38,974 nt of DNA, taken from positions 1 to 38,974 of the forward strand of contig JBLHNW010000001.1 in NCBI GenBank assembly GCA_047622205.1, read 5' to 3'. Source of the DNA: Paraglaciecola sp. (GTDB lineage: Bacteria; Pseudomonadota; Gammaproteobacteria; Enterobacterales; Alteromonadaceae). The position numbers and the translations under genes were made by a program. Positions 1-9,380 of the stretch are shown here, one piece after another. Position 1 is the first letter of the stretch, and every line of letters begins with the position of its first letter. The notes under the pieces were generated by a model, which searched no databases, was not told the DNA's origin, and saw nothing but the letters and a program-made list of their open reading frames with translations.

Positions 1-32
1 GACTTCCGAGTATTTCTGGATAAACGCCCTTA

Positions 33-1100
33 GTGATCACTACAATGCAAATGCAACCAACAAACATTGTGCAATTTATCTTTGTTTTTCAGATGATATT
101 CGGTGTCTTTCTCATTTGGAAAAATACTCGCTATCGTGGCTTGTGCTACTTATTAATACTTGCCGCTTGTTCGATGCTATTTAATTTAACTGAAGAGTTA
201 GCAAATACCAGAGAACTGCATCTTGTCACCCCTATTTTTCTGCTCGGCAAAGGGCCTTTGTTTTACCTGTTTGTTTATCAATTAATTTATCCCGAAAAGC
301 AAATAAACCAAAAGCGCTTCATTCATCTTTTTCCTATGTTAATTGCTTTGCCATTCACACATTGGCATCAACTGGTAATTGCGTCAGGCACCTTAAGTCA
401 GCTGGTTTATGCATATATGTCGATACGCTTAATTTTGGCATATCACAAAGCCTCTTTTTCAATGCGTTCTGACGCTGATTCATTGCAACTATTCTGGATA
501 GTGAACGTATTACTTGCCTCTCTCGTTGTTGGGGGATTCGATCTAATAAGGTTAAACCTGCAACCCTATATCTCCTATGAGTTAAATTTGGCAGGACAAT
601 TATTCGAAAACTCAGCTATTTTATTATTGTTTAGTTTTCTCATTTATAAAGCAGTACGACACCCTAAATTGTTTAACGGAATGACAGCTTTTGAACAATT
701 AGAGAAGCAAACTTGTGAAGCCCCTGACCGAAAAGATGAGGATATAAGTAAAACAATATTCGTAAGTCTGGAGCAATTAATTAAAGAAAAATTTTTACAT
801 CATAAACCCCGATTATCACTAACTGATCTAGCAACGGAGACAGGCCTAAATACCCGAGAAATATCACAGGCGATTAATCAAAGTGCCGATTGTAGTTTCT
901 GTGATTATATTAACAAATTGAGAGTTGAGGATTTAAAAGAAAAATTATTGAGTAATTCTAATAATAAAATTTCCGTACTTGATTTGGCTTTTGACGTTGG
1001 TTTTAACTCAAAATCCAGCTTCAATGCAATCTTTAAAAGGGAAACCGATACAACCCCAACGCAATTTATAAAACAGATTAGAAATAAAATAATCAATTAA
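33..1100 (+). CDS. Membrane-anchored AraC-family transcriptional regulator
   Basis: About 6 hydrophobic segments in the N-terminal 200 aa; C-terminal AraC HTH (LSLTDLA...ISQAIN...FCDYINKLRVE...LAFDVGFNSKSSFNAIFKRETDTTPTQF). True start could be ATG 45 or 51. Confidence 0.9.
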   Translation: MITTMQMQPTNIVQFIFVFQMIFGVFLIWKNTRYRGLCYLLILAACSMLFNLTEELANTRELHLVTPIFLLGKGPLFYLFVYQLIYPEKQINQKRFIHLFPMLIALPFTHWHQLVIASGTLSQLVYAYMSIRLILAYHKASFSMRSDADSLQLFWIVNVLLASLVVGGFDLIRLNLQPYISYELNLAGQLFENSAILLLFSFLIYKAVRHPKLFNGMTAFEQLEKQTCEAPDRKDEDISKTIFVSLEQLIKEKFLHHKPRLSLTDLATETGLNTREISQAINQSADCSFCDYINKLRVEDLKEKLLSNSNNKISVLDLAFDVGFNSKSSFNAIFKRETDTTPTQFIKQIRNKIIN

Positions 1101-1136
1101 AACAATTGAATAGAGTAATTCTATTTTCTTCTTAAA

Positions 1137-1184
1137 GTGCATTATCACGATCTGGGACGACTTATTCATTTCCCCGTGTACATT
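1137..1184 (+). promoter_or_regulatory. Putative AraC-activated promoter of the amidohydrolase gene
   Basis: GTGCATTATCACGATCTGGGACGAC (1137-1161), then 17 nt, then the -10-like TACATT (1179-1184). No canonical -35; lies directly downstream of the AraC gene. Confidence 0.4.
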
Positions 1185-1215
1185 GTCGTTAATTCAATTA
1201 CACACAAGAATAAAC

Positions 1216-2661
1216 ATGCGAAACCTACTCTTTAATAAGCAAACAAAGTATCTGTTACTAACTATCGGTATCACGATATTGCTAATACTAGCATTAACCG
1301 CGGTCTCTATTTTTTCGTTAAATTATATTCAACCGACAGGGTTAATGCCTGTCGACAATAAACAAGCACTTGTTATTGATAACGTAAATATCGTTATGGT
1401 CAAAACAAATAAGGTGCTCAAAAATCGCCAAGTGGTTATTAACAAAGGAATAATAACCGCGATCAACGGCGCCAGGTCCCCTGCGCAAGATAATGCCCGC
1501 ATTATTGATGGTAATGGAGCGTACGTTACGCCTGGCTTGTTTGACATGCATGTGCATTTGTATGACCGAAAATATCTGATGCTTAATCTTGCATACGGTG
1601 TGACGAGCGTGCGCAATTTAAACGGAAAAAGGATGCATTTGCGATGGAGAGAGGAGCTGCAAAATGAACAATGGCTAGGTAGCAACTTATATCTGAGTTC
1701 TCCTATTTTAGCCGGAAAAGACACTCACGCTCTAAATCAAAAAATACCATCACCCCAAGAAGGTAGAGAGCAGGTTAGAAAAGCAAAAGAGAATGGCTAT
1801 GATTTGGTAAAAGTGTATGGCTATTTAGAGAGCGAAATCTTTGAAGCGATTATTGATGAAGCCAGAAAACTTGATATTGCCGTAGCAAAGCATGGACCTC
1901 ATTCTCCAAAAGGCTCTGATTGGGAATACTTGGAGGGCTTGCAATCATTAGAGCATGTTGAAGACATCTTTCAAGGCCCATTAAATTATCAATTTGACTA
2001 TGAAAAGTTACAAACTATTGCGCTACAACTCAAAGCGTTGAATGTGCCGATTGTTCCCACGTTAGAAACTTTCAAGCACTTAACTCAGCTAAGTAATGGT
2101 AAACAAACCTTCATTAACAGTTTGGACCTAGACTTTTTAAATCCCCTCCATTTGGATATTGAAAGCGAGTTTAGCGTTGCCCGTTGGTTGCAAGATGAAA
2201 AACAACAAAGTGATTACCATTCAAAAGAGTTGAAATTTCTGTTCGAAATAGTGAATGTCCTCAATGACCATAAGATAAAACTATTGGTAGGCTCTGATGC
2301 GGGGACAATGTACACCATACCGGGAGTTGCTACGCATAATGAAATGTATTTGTTGAAACAATCTGGATTATCTGATTTTGGAGTACTTAAAGCGGCTACC
2401 ATCAATGCCGCACAGGCACTGAAAATAGACAGCCAGTATGGCAGTGTCGAGATAGGAAAAACAGCCGATTTGGTCCTCGTCACTCAAAACCCCCTTGAGG
2501 ATATTCAAGCACTTAGAAATCCTGCAGCGGTGATCAAAAATGGTCAATGGATAGATGAAAAAGCACTAGCGAAACTTAAAATCGAAGCTAAGAACACCGA
2601 TGGTTACTTTTGGAGTGTTATCAACTTGCTAGAAGATTTATTAACGAGGGCTATCTTTTAA
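1216..2661 (+). CDS. Membrane-anchored/secreted amidohydrolase-family metallohydrolase
   Basis: PGLFDMHVH metal motif, LAYGVTSVR, AKH, SLEHVED, VGSDAG, AATINAA, GSVEIGKTADLVLV; N-terminal TM helix. ATG 1216 preferred over TTG 1183, which overlaps the putative -10. Confidence 0.88.
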   Translation: MRNLLFNKQTKYLLLTIGITILLILALTAVSIFSLNYIQPTGLMPVDNKQALVIDNVNIVMVKTNKVLKNRQVVINKGIITAINGARSPAQDNARIIDGNGAYVTPGLFDMHVHLYDRKYLMLNLAYGVTSVRNLNGKRMHLRWREELQNEQWLGSNLYLSSPILAGKDTHALNQKIPSPQEGREQVRKAKENGYDLVKVYGYLESEIFEAIIDEARKLDIAVAKHGPHSPKGSDWEYLEGLQSLEHVEDIFQGPLNYQFDYEKLQTIALQLKALNVPIVPTLETFKHLTQLSNGKQTFINSLDLDFLNPLHLDIESEFSVARWLQDEKQQSDYHSKELKFLFEIVNVLNDHKIKLLVGSDAGTMYTIPGVATHNEMYLLKQSGLSDFGVLKAATINAAQALKIDSQYGSVEIGKTADLVLVTQNPLEDIQALRNPAAVIKNGQWIDEKALAKLKIEAKNTDGYFWSVINLLEDLLTRAIF

Positions 2662-2675
2662 TAAGGTGACAAATG

Positions 2676-2700
2676 AGCGGGAATGATCTTCCCGCTTTCT
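2676..2700 (+). terminator. Probable intrinsic terminator
   Basis: AGCGGGAA-tgatc-TTCCCGCT followed by TTCT, 15 nt after the amidohydrolase stop. Confidence 0.6.
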
Positions 2701-2900
2701 CATAAGTGTTGGACTTTCCACATTTACCCGCTTAATTTTGAAGGAGACGGACCTCATTACCCACGCGATGAAGAAGACTTTTTAAGGCCAGAAGAAAGAA
2801 AAATTATAGAACGTGTCTTCGTCGATTTTACAGCAGTGCAAACACTTCAAAAACGTCGTCAAATTTTACATTGTTAGATGTTAACCATTTAGGAAAGAGC

Positions 2901-3020
2901 ATGCAGCAAGGGAAGATGAAAGGCGATTTTATCGATACAGTTGGGAATTCTCCATTCAATAATGCCTGTCCGGTTAATTTGTCTTAGTAACTACAATGAT
3001 GTGAAAAAATTGATGGGGAG
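2901..3020 (+). pseudogene. Possible eroded 5' relic of a cysteine synthase (CysK-like) gene
   Basis: AGGAAAGAG RBS, then MQQGKMKGDFIDTVGNSP...; a later TGT GAA AAA ATT GAT GGG (CEKIDG) resembles the family N-terminus F-x-D-T-(I/V)-G-N-T-P-L...C-E-I-x-G. Stops and frameshifts follow. Confidence 0.4.
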
Positions 3021-3056
3021 ATTAAATAAACGTCACTCTTGAATTCAATCAAGCAA

Positions 3057-3674
3057 TTACTGTGCTTGCAGTAATTTATTCACTGCATTCTTTGGTGTTT
3101 TAGCTAGCTTTTGAATTAATGTAAACGGTACTTCTTCCCCCGTTATTATTTGGGAAATATCTTCTAGCATGGTCATCCATAATTTCGCGGTCATTTCTGA
3201 GTCGAACAAGGCCCTGTGAAAGCCACCCTCTGACGGAATGTTTTTATAGGCTATTAGCGTACCTAATTTATGATTAGACGCTTGTTGATATAGACGTCTC
3301 GCGACGAGTAAAGAACAAGCAAAGTTACCACCATATGAACGGGAAATTCGACCTAATTCCGCATCCAAAAAACGTTTGTCAAACGACGCATTATGGGCAA
3401 CAAGGTTACTGTCACCCATAAAGTTGGCAAACTCATCCATGACTTCATTACAGGGAGCAGCTTGGCTTAACATACGATTAGTGATACCGGTGTAGTCTTC
3501 AATAAAAGCACTGACACGTTTTCCTGGATTCATTAGTGCTTGAAAACGATCAACCACATTCCCATTTTCAAGACGAACAGCACCTATTTCGATGGCTCTA
3601 TCTCCCATGCCAGGTGAAAGTCCAGTGGTTTCAAAATCAAGTACAATAAGGGAGTCGGCGCAGGTTTGCGTCAT
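3057..3674 (-). CDS. DEDDh 3'-5' exonuclease (DNA polymerase III epsilon-like)
   Basis: ExoI LDFETTG, ExoII AHNASFD, ExoIII HRALFD. Confidence 0.92.
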   Translation of the reverse strand: MTQTCADSLIVLDFETTGLSPGMGDRAIEIGAVRLENGNVVDRFQALMNPGKRVSAFIEDYTGITNRMLSQAAPCNEVMDEFANFMGDSNLVAHNASFDKRFLDAELGRISRSYGGNFACSLLVARRLYQQASNHKLGTLIAYKNIPSEGGFHRALFDSEMTAKLWMTMLEDISQIITGEEVPFTLIQKLAKTPKNAVNKLLQAQ

Positions 3675-3744
3675 GATCTAATTACCTGTGTGGTGTCAGC
3701 AGGGTATTTTACCAAACAATGACGGCACATCAAGTGTGTGCCGA

Positions 3745-4635
3745 TTAGTCTAGGCTGAGTTCGGTATTGCTAGAAAAGCATCTTGCTTGTTGTGTTATGG
3801 GGTCAATAAACTGCAGTTTTTGTGCTAATAGTTGCAAAGGTTTGCTGTAATCACCTGGCTTACTTGGCCGTAACTCTGGATAGTACGTATCGTTTAATAA
3901 CGGCAAGCCAAGGCTCTGCATATGCAGGCGCAGTTGGTGGGTCTTGCCTGTTATTGGGTTTAGCTCAAATAAGGCTTTGTCGGCTGAACGTTGCAGACAA
4001 CGAATGCGGGAATGACTGTTGGCCAGTCCTTCGACAATATGCATTAAAAATCTTAGTTCGGTTTTCTCCAAACGGTTTTTAATCTCCCATTGCTGGTTAT
4101 TCATAACAGGATTGTTAATCGTGCTGGCAATGGCCTGATAGGTCTTGTTGACTTGATGTGTTTCAAACAGACGATGGTAATGCTGACGTGAATTAGGGTA
4201 TACCGAAAACATTACCAAGCCTGCAGTGGCTTTATCGATACGATGCACTGCTTGCAGTTCTTGATTGCCGCTTTTATTACGCAAGCGATTTTGCAAGCAT
4301 TCTTCAACATATTCACCACCTGGCATCACGGGTAAAAAATGCGGTTTGTACGCCACCAAGATCAATTCGTCCTGAAAAATAATTTTTTCTGCAAAAGGAA
4401 TGACAGGCTCACTGTCAACTTCCCGATAATAATAAACCCGTTGCTGGGCCGCAAAAAGTGAATGCGCGCTAATTAAGCTGCCGTCATGCCAATGAACCTT
4501 GCCATCAGCCATGCGTTGTTGCCACACCTCACTTGCTATGGCGGGAAACTTGAGAATAAGAAATTCTAGAACAGTCGTTACACCGGGATTGCACTGAGGT
4601 AGGCTGAGCTTGGACGGAGAGTTAGCTATAGCCAT
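3745..4635 (-). CDS. RluA-family RNA pseudouridine synthase
   Basis: YKPHFLPV, catalytic HRIDKATAG, KTYQA, PITGKTHQLRLHM, LQLLAQKLQF. Confidence 0.92.
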   Translation of the reverse strand: MAIANSPSKLSLPQCNPGVTTVLEFLILKFPAIASEVWQQRMADGKVHWHDGSLISAHSLFAAQQRVYYYREVDSEPVIPFAEKIIFQDELILVAYKPHFLPVMPGGEYVEECLQNRLRNKSGNQELQAVHRIDKATAGLVMFSVYPNSRQHYHRLFETHQVNKTYQAIASTINNPVMNNQQWEIKNRLEKTELRFLMHIVEGLANSHSRIRCLQRSADKALFELNPITGKTHQLRLHMQSLGLPLLNDTYYPELRPSKPGDYSKPLQLLAQKLQFIDPITQQARCFSSNTELSLD

Positions 4636-4757
4636 AATTGTACTAGTATTTCCTATAAGGATCTTTTAGGTCTGAATTGATAACAATTTAACAAGAGATC
4701 CATGTTAAATATTTTACGTACATAAGAATACCAGTATATCGCTTAATTGAATCAGTA

Positions 4758-4798
4758 TGTTTCGCTCAGTTTACAGTGTGAAGTGCAGATAATTTACA
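4758..4798. promoter_or_regulatory. Putative tandem TyrR/PhhR-type boxes
   Basis: TGTTTC-N6-TTTACA (4758-4775) and AAGTGC-N6-TTTACA (4781-4798), 23-bp period, upstream of the Trp catabolic cluster; consensus is TGTAAA-N6-TTTACA. Confidence 0.4.
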
Positions 4799-4880
4799 TG
4801 TTTTACTGACATTAAAAAATGGATTGTGGTAAAAACGAATCACTTCCTGATAGATAAAAATAACAATTAAAAGGTCTTCA

Positions 4881-5669
4881 ATGGACATCAATCTTTCCGG
4901 CAAAAGAGCACTCGTTTGCGGCAGTAGTCAAGGAATTGGCCGAGCTTGCGCCATTGAGTTGGCCCAGCTTGGGGCAAGTATTACTTTGTTTTCTCGAAAC
5001 CACACAAGCCTCGAATCGGTTAAAGCTGAACTAGATACAACAAGCGGACAATTACACCATGTCTTGACGGCAGATTTTTCCAAGCCAGAACAAGTTAAAG
5101 CTGCTGTCAATGGTCATATTTCAGAAACGGGAGGCTTTGATATTCTAATTAATAATACCGGTGGTCCCGCACCTGGACCTGCTAGTACTGCCGACAGTCA
5201 GGCTTTTATCGATGCGTTTAACCTTCATTTGGTCTCCAATCACCACTTGGTACAGGCATTGATCCCGGCAATGAAAGCAAATCAGTATGGTAGAATAATT
5301 AATGTTATTTCTACCTCGGTCAAACAACCTCTACCTGGCTTAGGCGTGTCTAACACTATTCGCGGTGCGGTCGCCAGTTGGGCAAAAACCTTGGCGTATG
5401 AACTTGGGCCTTTTGGGATAACGGTCAATAATGTTCTACCGGGTGCAACCGCTACCGGTCGACTCGACGCAATTATCGCCAATAAAGCGAAAAAGCAGTC
5501 CATTTCAATAGAGCAGGCAACGGAAAATGAAAAGGCGCAGATCCCAATGCGGCGTTTCGCAAAGCCTGAGGAGTTTGCCGCAGCTACCGCATTTTTGGCT
5601 TCCCCGTCAGCAGGCTACATTACAGGGATAAACCTACCTGTAGATGGCGGCAGAACGGGAAGTTTGTAG
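4881..5669 (+). CDS. Atypical SDR oxidoreductase (no catalytic YxxxK)
   Basis: Rossmann CGSSQGIG, NNTGGP, GRIINVIS, SNTIR in place of YxxxK, ITVNNVLPG, YITG...VDGG. Confidence 0.9.
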   Translation: MDINLSGKRALVCGSSQGIGRACAIELAQLGASITLFSRNHTSLESVKAELDTTSGQLHHVLTADFSKPEQVKAAVNGHISETGGFDILINNTGGPAPGPASTADSQAFIDAFNLHLVSNHHLVQALIPAMKANQYGRIINVISTSVKQPLPGLGVSNTIRGAVASWAKTLAYELGPFGITVNNVLPGATATGRLDAIIANKAKKQSISIEQATENEKAQIPMRRFAKPEEFAAATAFLASPSAGYITGINLPVDGGRTGSL

Positions 5670-5672
5670 ATT

Positions 5673-7121
5673 ATGGCTATGGATATATTAGCTAATTTTA
5701 TCGATGGTCAATATTGCCCACCAGTAAATGGGCAATATATTGATAATATAGAGCCAGCAACAGGGCTTATTTATGGCAAAGTCCCTAATAGTGATGTAAC
5801 CGATGTCGCTTTGGCAGTAAAAGCGGCAGAACTGGCCCTTCCTGCTTGGAAGGCAATGCCATCAGAGCAACGTGCAGATTATCTGTACGCCATTGCCAAA
5901 GGTATTGAGGCGCGACTTGCTGAATTGGCCATTGCCGAATCCACTGACAATGGTAAGCCGGTTTCGCTGGCAACGAATGTGGATATTCCAAGGGCGGCCA
6001 GTAATTTCAAATTTTTTGCTCATGCCTGCTCGCAATTTGCCAGTGAATCACACAATATGGCAAACACAGCAGTTAATTATACGCTGCGCCAACCACTGGG
6101 AATCGTCGCTTGTATTTCGCCGTGGAATTTACCTCTATATTTGTTCACCTGGAAGATTGCCCCCGCACTTGCTGCCGGAAATTGTGTCATTGCCAAGCCC
6201 TCAGAGATAACCCCAAAAACCGCAGCAATGTTAGGTGAAATTTGTCTCGAAGCGGGTTTGCCTCCAGGAGTATTAAACATAATTCATGGCACCGGCATTA
6301 GTGCAGGACAGGCTTTATGTAATCACGAAAAGGTCAAAGCAGTGTCATTTACCGGTGGCACAGCTACCGGCGCTGCTATTGCCAGTCAACTTGCACCGAA
6401 GTTCAAGAAATTATCCCTGGAATTAGGTGGTAAGAACCCTGCTTTAGTCTTCGCCGACTGTGACTTTGAGCAAACAGTGGATGAAGTTTTCAAGGCAAGT
6501 TTTGCCAATCAGGGGCAAATTTGTTTATGTGCATCTAGGCTTTATATTGAACGCCCCATTTACGAGAAATTCAAACAGGCTTTGATAACCAGAGCCAATC
6601 AGCTGCAGCCCGGTGATCCACAATTAGCACAAACACAAATGGGCGCGATTGTGTCTAAAGCGCATATGGAAAAGGTTAAGCAGTTCATAGATCTTGCTCG
6701 TAAAGAGGGAGGGACCGTGTTGGCGGGTGGAGAACAAGTTAATCTACCAGGACGTTGCCAGAACGGCTATTTTTTGCAAGCCACAATTGTTGAAGGCTTA
6801 GCCAATACAGCAAGTTGCAATCAACAGGAGATTTTTGGACCGATGATTACATTGCAAGCATTCGACACTGATGAAGAAGCGTTATTTTTGGCCAATGAAA
6901 GTCAATATGGATTGGCATCGACAGTCTGGACCTCCAATCTTGGCAGAGCACATCGTTTATCTGAAAACTTAAATACGGGTATAGTTTGGATAAACTGTTG
7001 GCTATTGCGGGATTTGCGTACCCCTTTTGGTGGCATGAGTCATTCTGGGGTCGGTCGTGAAGGTGGTGAAGAGGCTATGCGATTCTTTACTGAGCCTAAA
7101 AATGTCTGTGTAAAATATTAA
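5673..7121 (+). CDS. 2-aminomuconate 6-semialdehyde dehydrogenase (ALDH8A1-like)
   Basis: ISPWNLPLYLFTWKIAPAL, SFTGGT, LELGGKNP, catalytic FANQGQICLC, EIFGP, WINCWLLRDLRTPFGG; context next to ACMSD. Confidence 0.85.
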   Translation: MAMDILANFIDGQYCPPVNGQYIDNIEPATGLIYGKVPNSDVTDVALAVKAAELALPAWKAMPSEQRADYLYAIAKGIEARLAELAIAESTDNGKPVSLATNVDIPRAASNFKFFAHACSQFASESHNMANTAVNYTLRQPLGIVACISPWNLPLYLFTWKIAPALAAGNCVIAKPSEITPKTAAMLGEICLEAGLPPGVLNIIHGTGISAGQALCNHEKVKAVSFTGGTATGAAIASQLAPKFKKLSLELGGKNPALVFADCDFEQTVDEVFKASFANQGQICLCASRLYIERPIYEKFKQALITRANQLQPGDPQLAQTQMGAIVSKAHMEKVKQFIDLARKEGGTVLAGGEQVNLPGRCQNGYFLQATIVEGLANTASCNQQEIFGPMITLQAFDTDEEALFLANESQYGLASTVWTSNLGRAHRLSENLNTGIVWINCWLLRDLRTPFGGMSHSGVGREGGEEAMRFFTEPKNVCVKY

Positions 7122-7400
7122 CTTAAAGAAATAATATAAAAAACATGAGCTTAATCTGTCATAAATTTAAATCATCAGGTGCAATATTTGCTGGTCCTTT
7201 GGGCTGTAAATGGGTACTGAACTAAGCTTTCACATCCTGTGTTCCCTGCTATTCTAGAGGAGGGACACACCTGCCTATTCTGCTGAGAATCAGATTAGTT
7301 TATAGGTAAATATACGGGTCTTTTGCACACAACATTCGAATCCTTTCTTTACAGGTGTTGCAAAATAATTCAATCGTTCAATTGATGTCAGGAACAACAA

Positions 7401-7835
7401 ATGAGCAAGCAAGAAAATACATTTAATACGGATAACGCACCCTTACCAGTAGGCTTATATCCTCACGCCCGTCAGGTGGGAAACCTACTCTTTTTGTCAG
7501 GTGTTGGCCCCAGAAAAGCAGGCACTAAACAGATCCCAGGTGTGGAGTTAGATGACGACGGCAAGATCATCTCTTACGACATCGAAGCGCAGTGCCACTC
7601 GGTATTTCAAAACGTTCGAGCCATTCTTGAAGCATCAAATGCAAGTTGGATGGATTTAATTGATGTCACCGTTTTCCTTACCAACATGGACGACGATTTC
7701 GTTATCTATAATCGTGTTTATGCAGAATATTTTGCTGACAACCAACCTTGCCGGACAACAGTTGAAATCAACAAACTCCCAACCCCAATTGCTATCGAAC
7801 TGAAGTGTATCGCCGCACTCAAGCCAAACAGCTAA
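7401..7835 (+). CDS. RidA/YjgF-family protein, probable 2-aminomuconate deaminase
   Basis: PVGLYPHAR, LFLSGVGP, VTVFLTNM, PCRTTV (catalytic Arg), IELKC; cluster context; AGGA RBS. Confidence 0.85.
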   Translation: MSKQENTFNTDNAPLPVGLYPHARQVGNLLFLSGVGPRKAGTKQIPGVELDDDGKIISYDIEAQCHSVFQNVRAILEASNASWMDLIDVTVFLTNMDDDFVIYNRVYAEYFADNQPCRTTVEINKLPTPIAIELKCIAALKPNS

Positions 7836-7846
7836 AGGAGTGACTC

Positions 7847-8362
7847 ATGTCAACATTTGCTTTACCTTTTAATTTACAAGCTTGGATTGAAGAACATCGG
7901 GAAAGATTAAAACCCCCGGTGTGTAACAAACAGATATTTGAACAAGATGATTACATCGTCATGGTGGTGGGTGGACCGAATAACCGCACGGATTACCACT
8001 ATAACGAAACACCCGAGTTGTTTTATCAGTTGGAAGGGGAAATGGTGCTTAAAGTCATCGATAACGGTGAATTCAAAGACATTCCAATCAAAGCTGGAGA
8101 GATATTTATGCTCCCGGGCAAAGTTTTGCACTCACCGCAACGCATGCCAGACAGCATAGGAATGGTAGTGGAGCAGAAGCGTCTGCCAGGACAGGAAGAT
8201 GCCTTATTGTGGTTCTGCCCAGCTTGCCAGCACCCCTTGTATAAAGAGCAGTTCACCTTGGAAAATATTGAAACCGATTTGCCTGTTGTGTTTAAAAATT
8301 TCTACGATAACCCTGACAATTGTACCTGCTCGCGATGCGGTACTATTACCAGCAAAGGGTAA
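7847..8362 (+). CDS. nbaC: 3-hydroxyanthranilate 3,4-dioxygenase
   Basis: [37 protein letters not shown], rubredoxin-like CPAC...CSRC; AAGGAG RBS. Confidence 0.96.
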   Translation: MSTFALPFNLQAWIEEHRERLKPPVCNKQIFEQDDYIVMVVGGPNNRTDYHYNETPELFYQLEGEMVLKVIDNGEFKDIPIKAGEIFMLPGKVLHSPQRMPDSIGMVVEQKRLPGQEDALLWFCPACQHPLYKEQFTLENIETDLPVVFKNFYDNPDNCTCSRCGTITSKG

Positions 8363-8369
8363 ATGACGC

Positions 8370-9380
8370 ATGTTAAAAATAGATATTCATACCCATATTC
8401 TTCCCAAGACCTGGCCTAACTTGCGGGAAAAATACGGTTATGGCGGCTTCGTTAGCCTTGAACATACAGGGTGTGGTTGTGCCAGAATGATGATGGATGA
8501 CAAATTCTTCCGGGAAATTGAAGAAAACTGTTGGGATCCAAGTGCTCGCTTACATGACTGCAAACAACACAAGGTTGATGTACAGGTCTTATCCACGGTT
8601 CCTGTCATGTTTAGTTATTGGGCAAAACCAGCACATGCTCTGGATTTGTCGATGCTGCTAAATGACCACATAGCTGGAATTGTTAATGATCATCCGAAAC
8701 GATTTGTCGGCCTGGGTACTATCCCTATGCAATCCCCAGATTTGGCAATAAAAGAACTGGAACGTTGCGTCAAGGATATTGGTCTGGCGGGAGTACAGAT
8801 CGGGTCGCACATTAATGATATGAACCTCGACCACGAGCAGCTTTTTCCCATTTTCGAAGCGGCACAAGATTTGGGTGCTGCCGTTTTTGTTCATCCCTGG
8901 GACATGATGGCTAAAGAAAAAATGCCTAAATACTGGTTGCCTTGGTTAGTCGGTATGCCAGCTGAATCCAGCCTCGCCATATGTTCGATGATTTTTGGCG
9001 GTGTGTTACAACGACTGCCGAAACTGAAAGTCGCGTTCGCCCATGGGGGCGGCTCCTTTCCTGCAACCATTGGTCGTATAGAGCACGGCTTTAATGTGCG
9101 ACCGGATCTCTGTGCCGTAGATTGTGATATCAACCCTAGGGAATTTTTGTCACGGATATACCTCGACTCACTGGTTCATGACAAACTGGCACTGAATTAT
9201 CTGATTGATTTAATGGGAGCTGACCGAATAGCTCTTGGCACTGACTATCCTTTCCCTCTAGGCGAACTTGAACCCGGCAAGCTGATAGAATCTGTGGGAT
9301 ATCCCTCAGAAATCCAAAATCAATTATTACACGGAACGGCACTGGATTGGTTGGGACTGAAAAAGGAACAGTTTCTGTAA
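8370..9380 (+). CDS. nbaD: 2-amino-3-carboxymuconate-6-semialdehyde decarboxylase (ACMSD)
   Basis: [68 protein letters not shown]. Confidence 0.93.
   Translation: MLKIDIHTHILPKTWPNLREKYGYGGFVSLEHTGCGCARMMMDDKFFREIEENCWDPSARLHDCKQHKVDVQVLSTVPVMFSYWAKPAHALDLSMLLNDHIAGIVNDHPKRFVGLGTIPMQSPDLAIKELERCVKDIGLAGVQIGSHINDMNLDHEQLFPIFEAAQDLGAAVFVHPWDMMAKEKMPKYWLPWLVGMPAESSLAICSMIFGGVLQRLPKLKVAFAHGGGSFPATIGRIEHGFNVRPDLCAVDCDINPREFLSRIYLDSLVHDKLALNYLIDLMGADRIALGTDYPFPLGELEPGKLIESVGYPSEIQNQLLHGTALDWLGLKKEQFL

Noticed and set aside
2683-2877. 64-aa ORF as a real gene
   Set aside because: Starts inside the terminator hairpin, no RBS, no recognisable family; at most a relic.
4640-4657. GTACTAGT as a TrpR operator
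   Set aside because: Only one half-site; the second half does not match.
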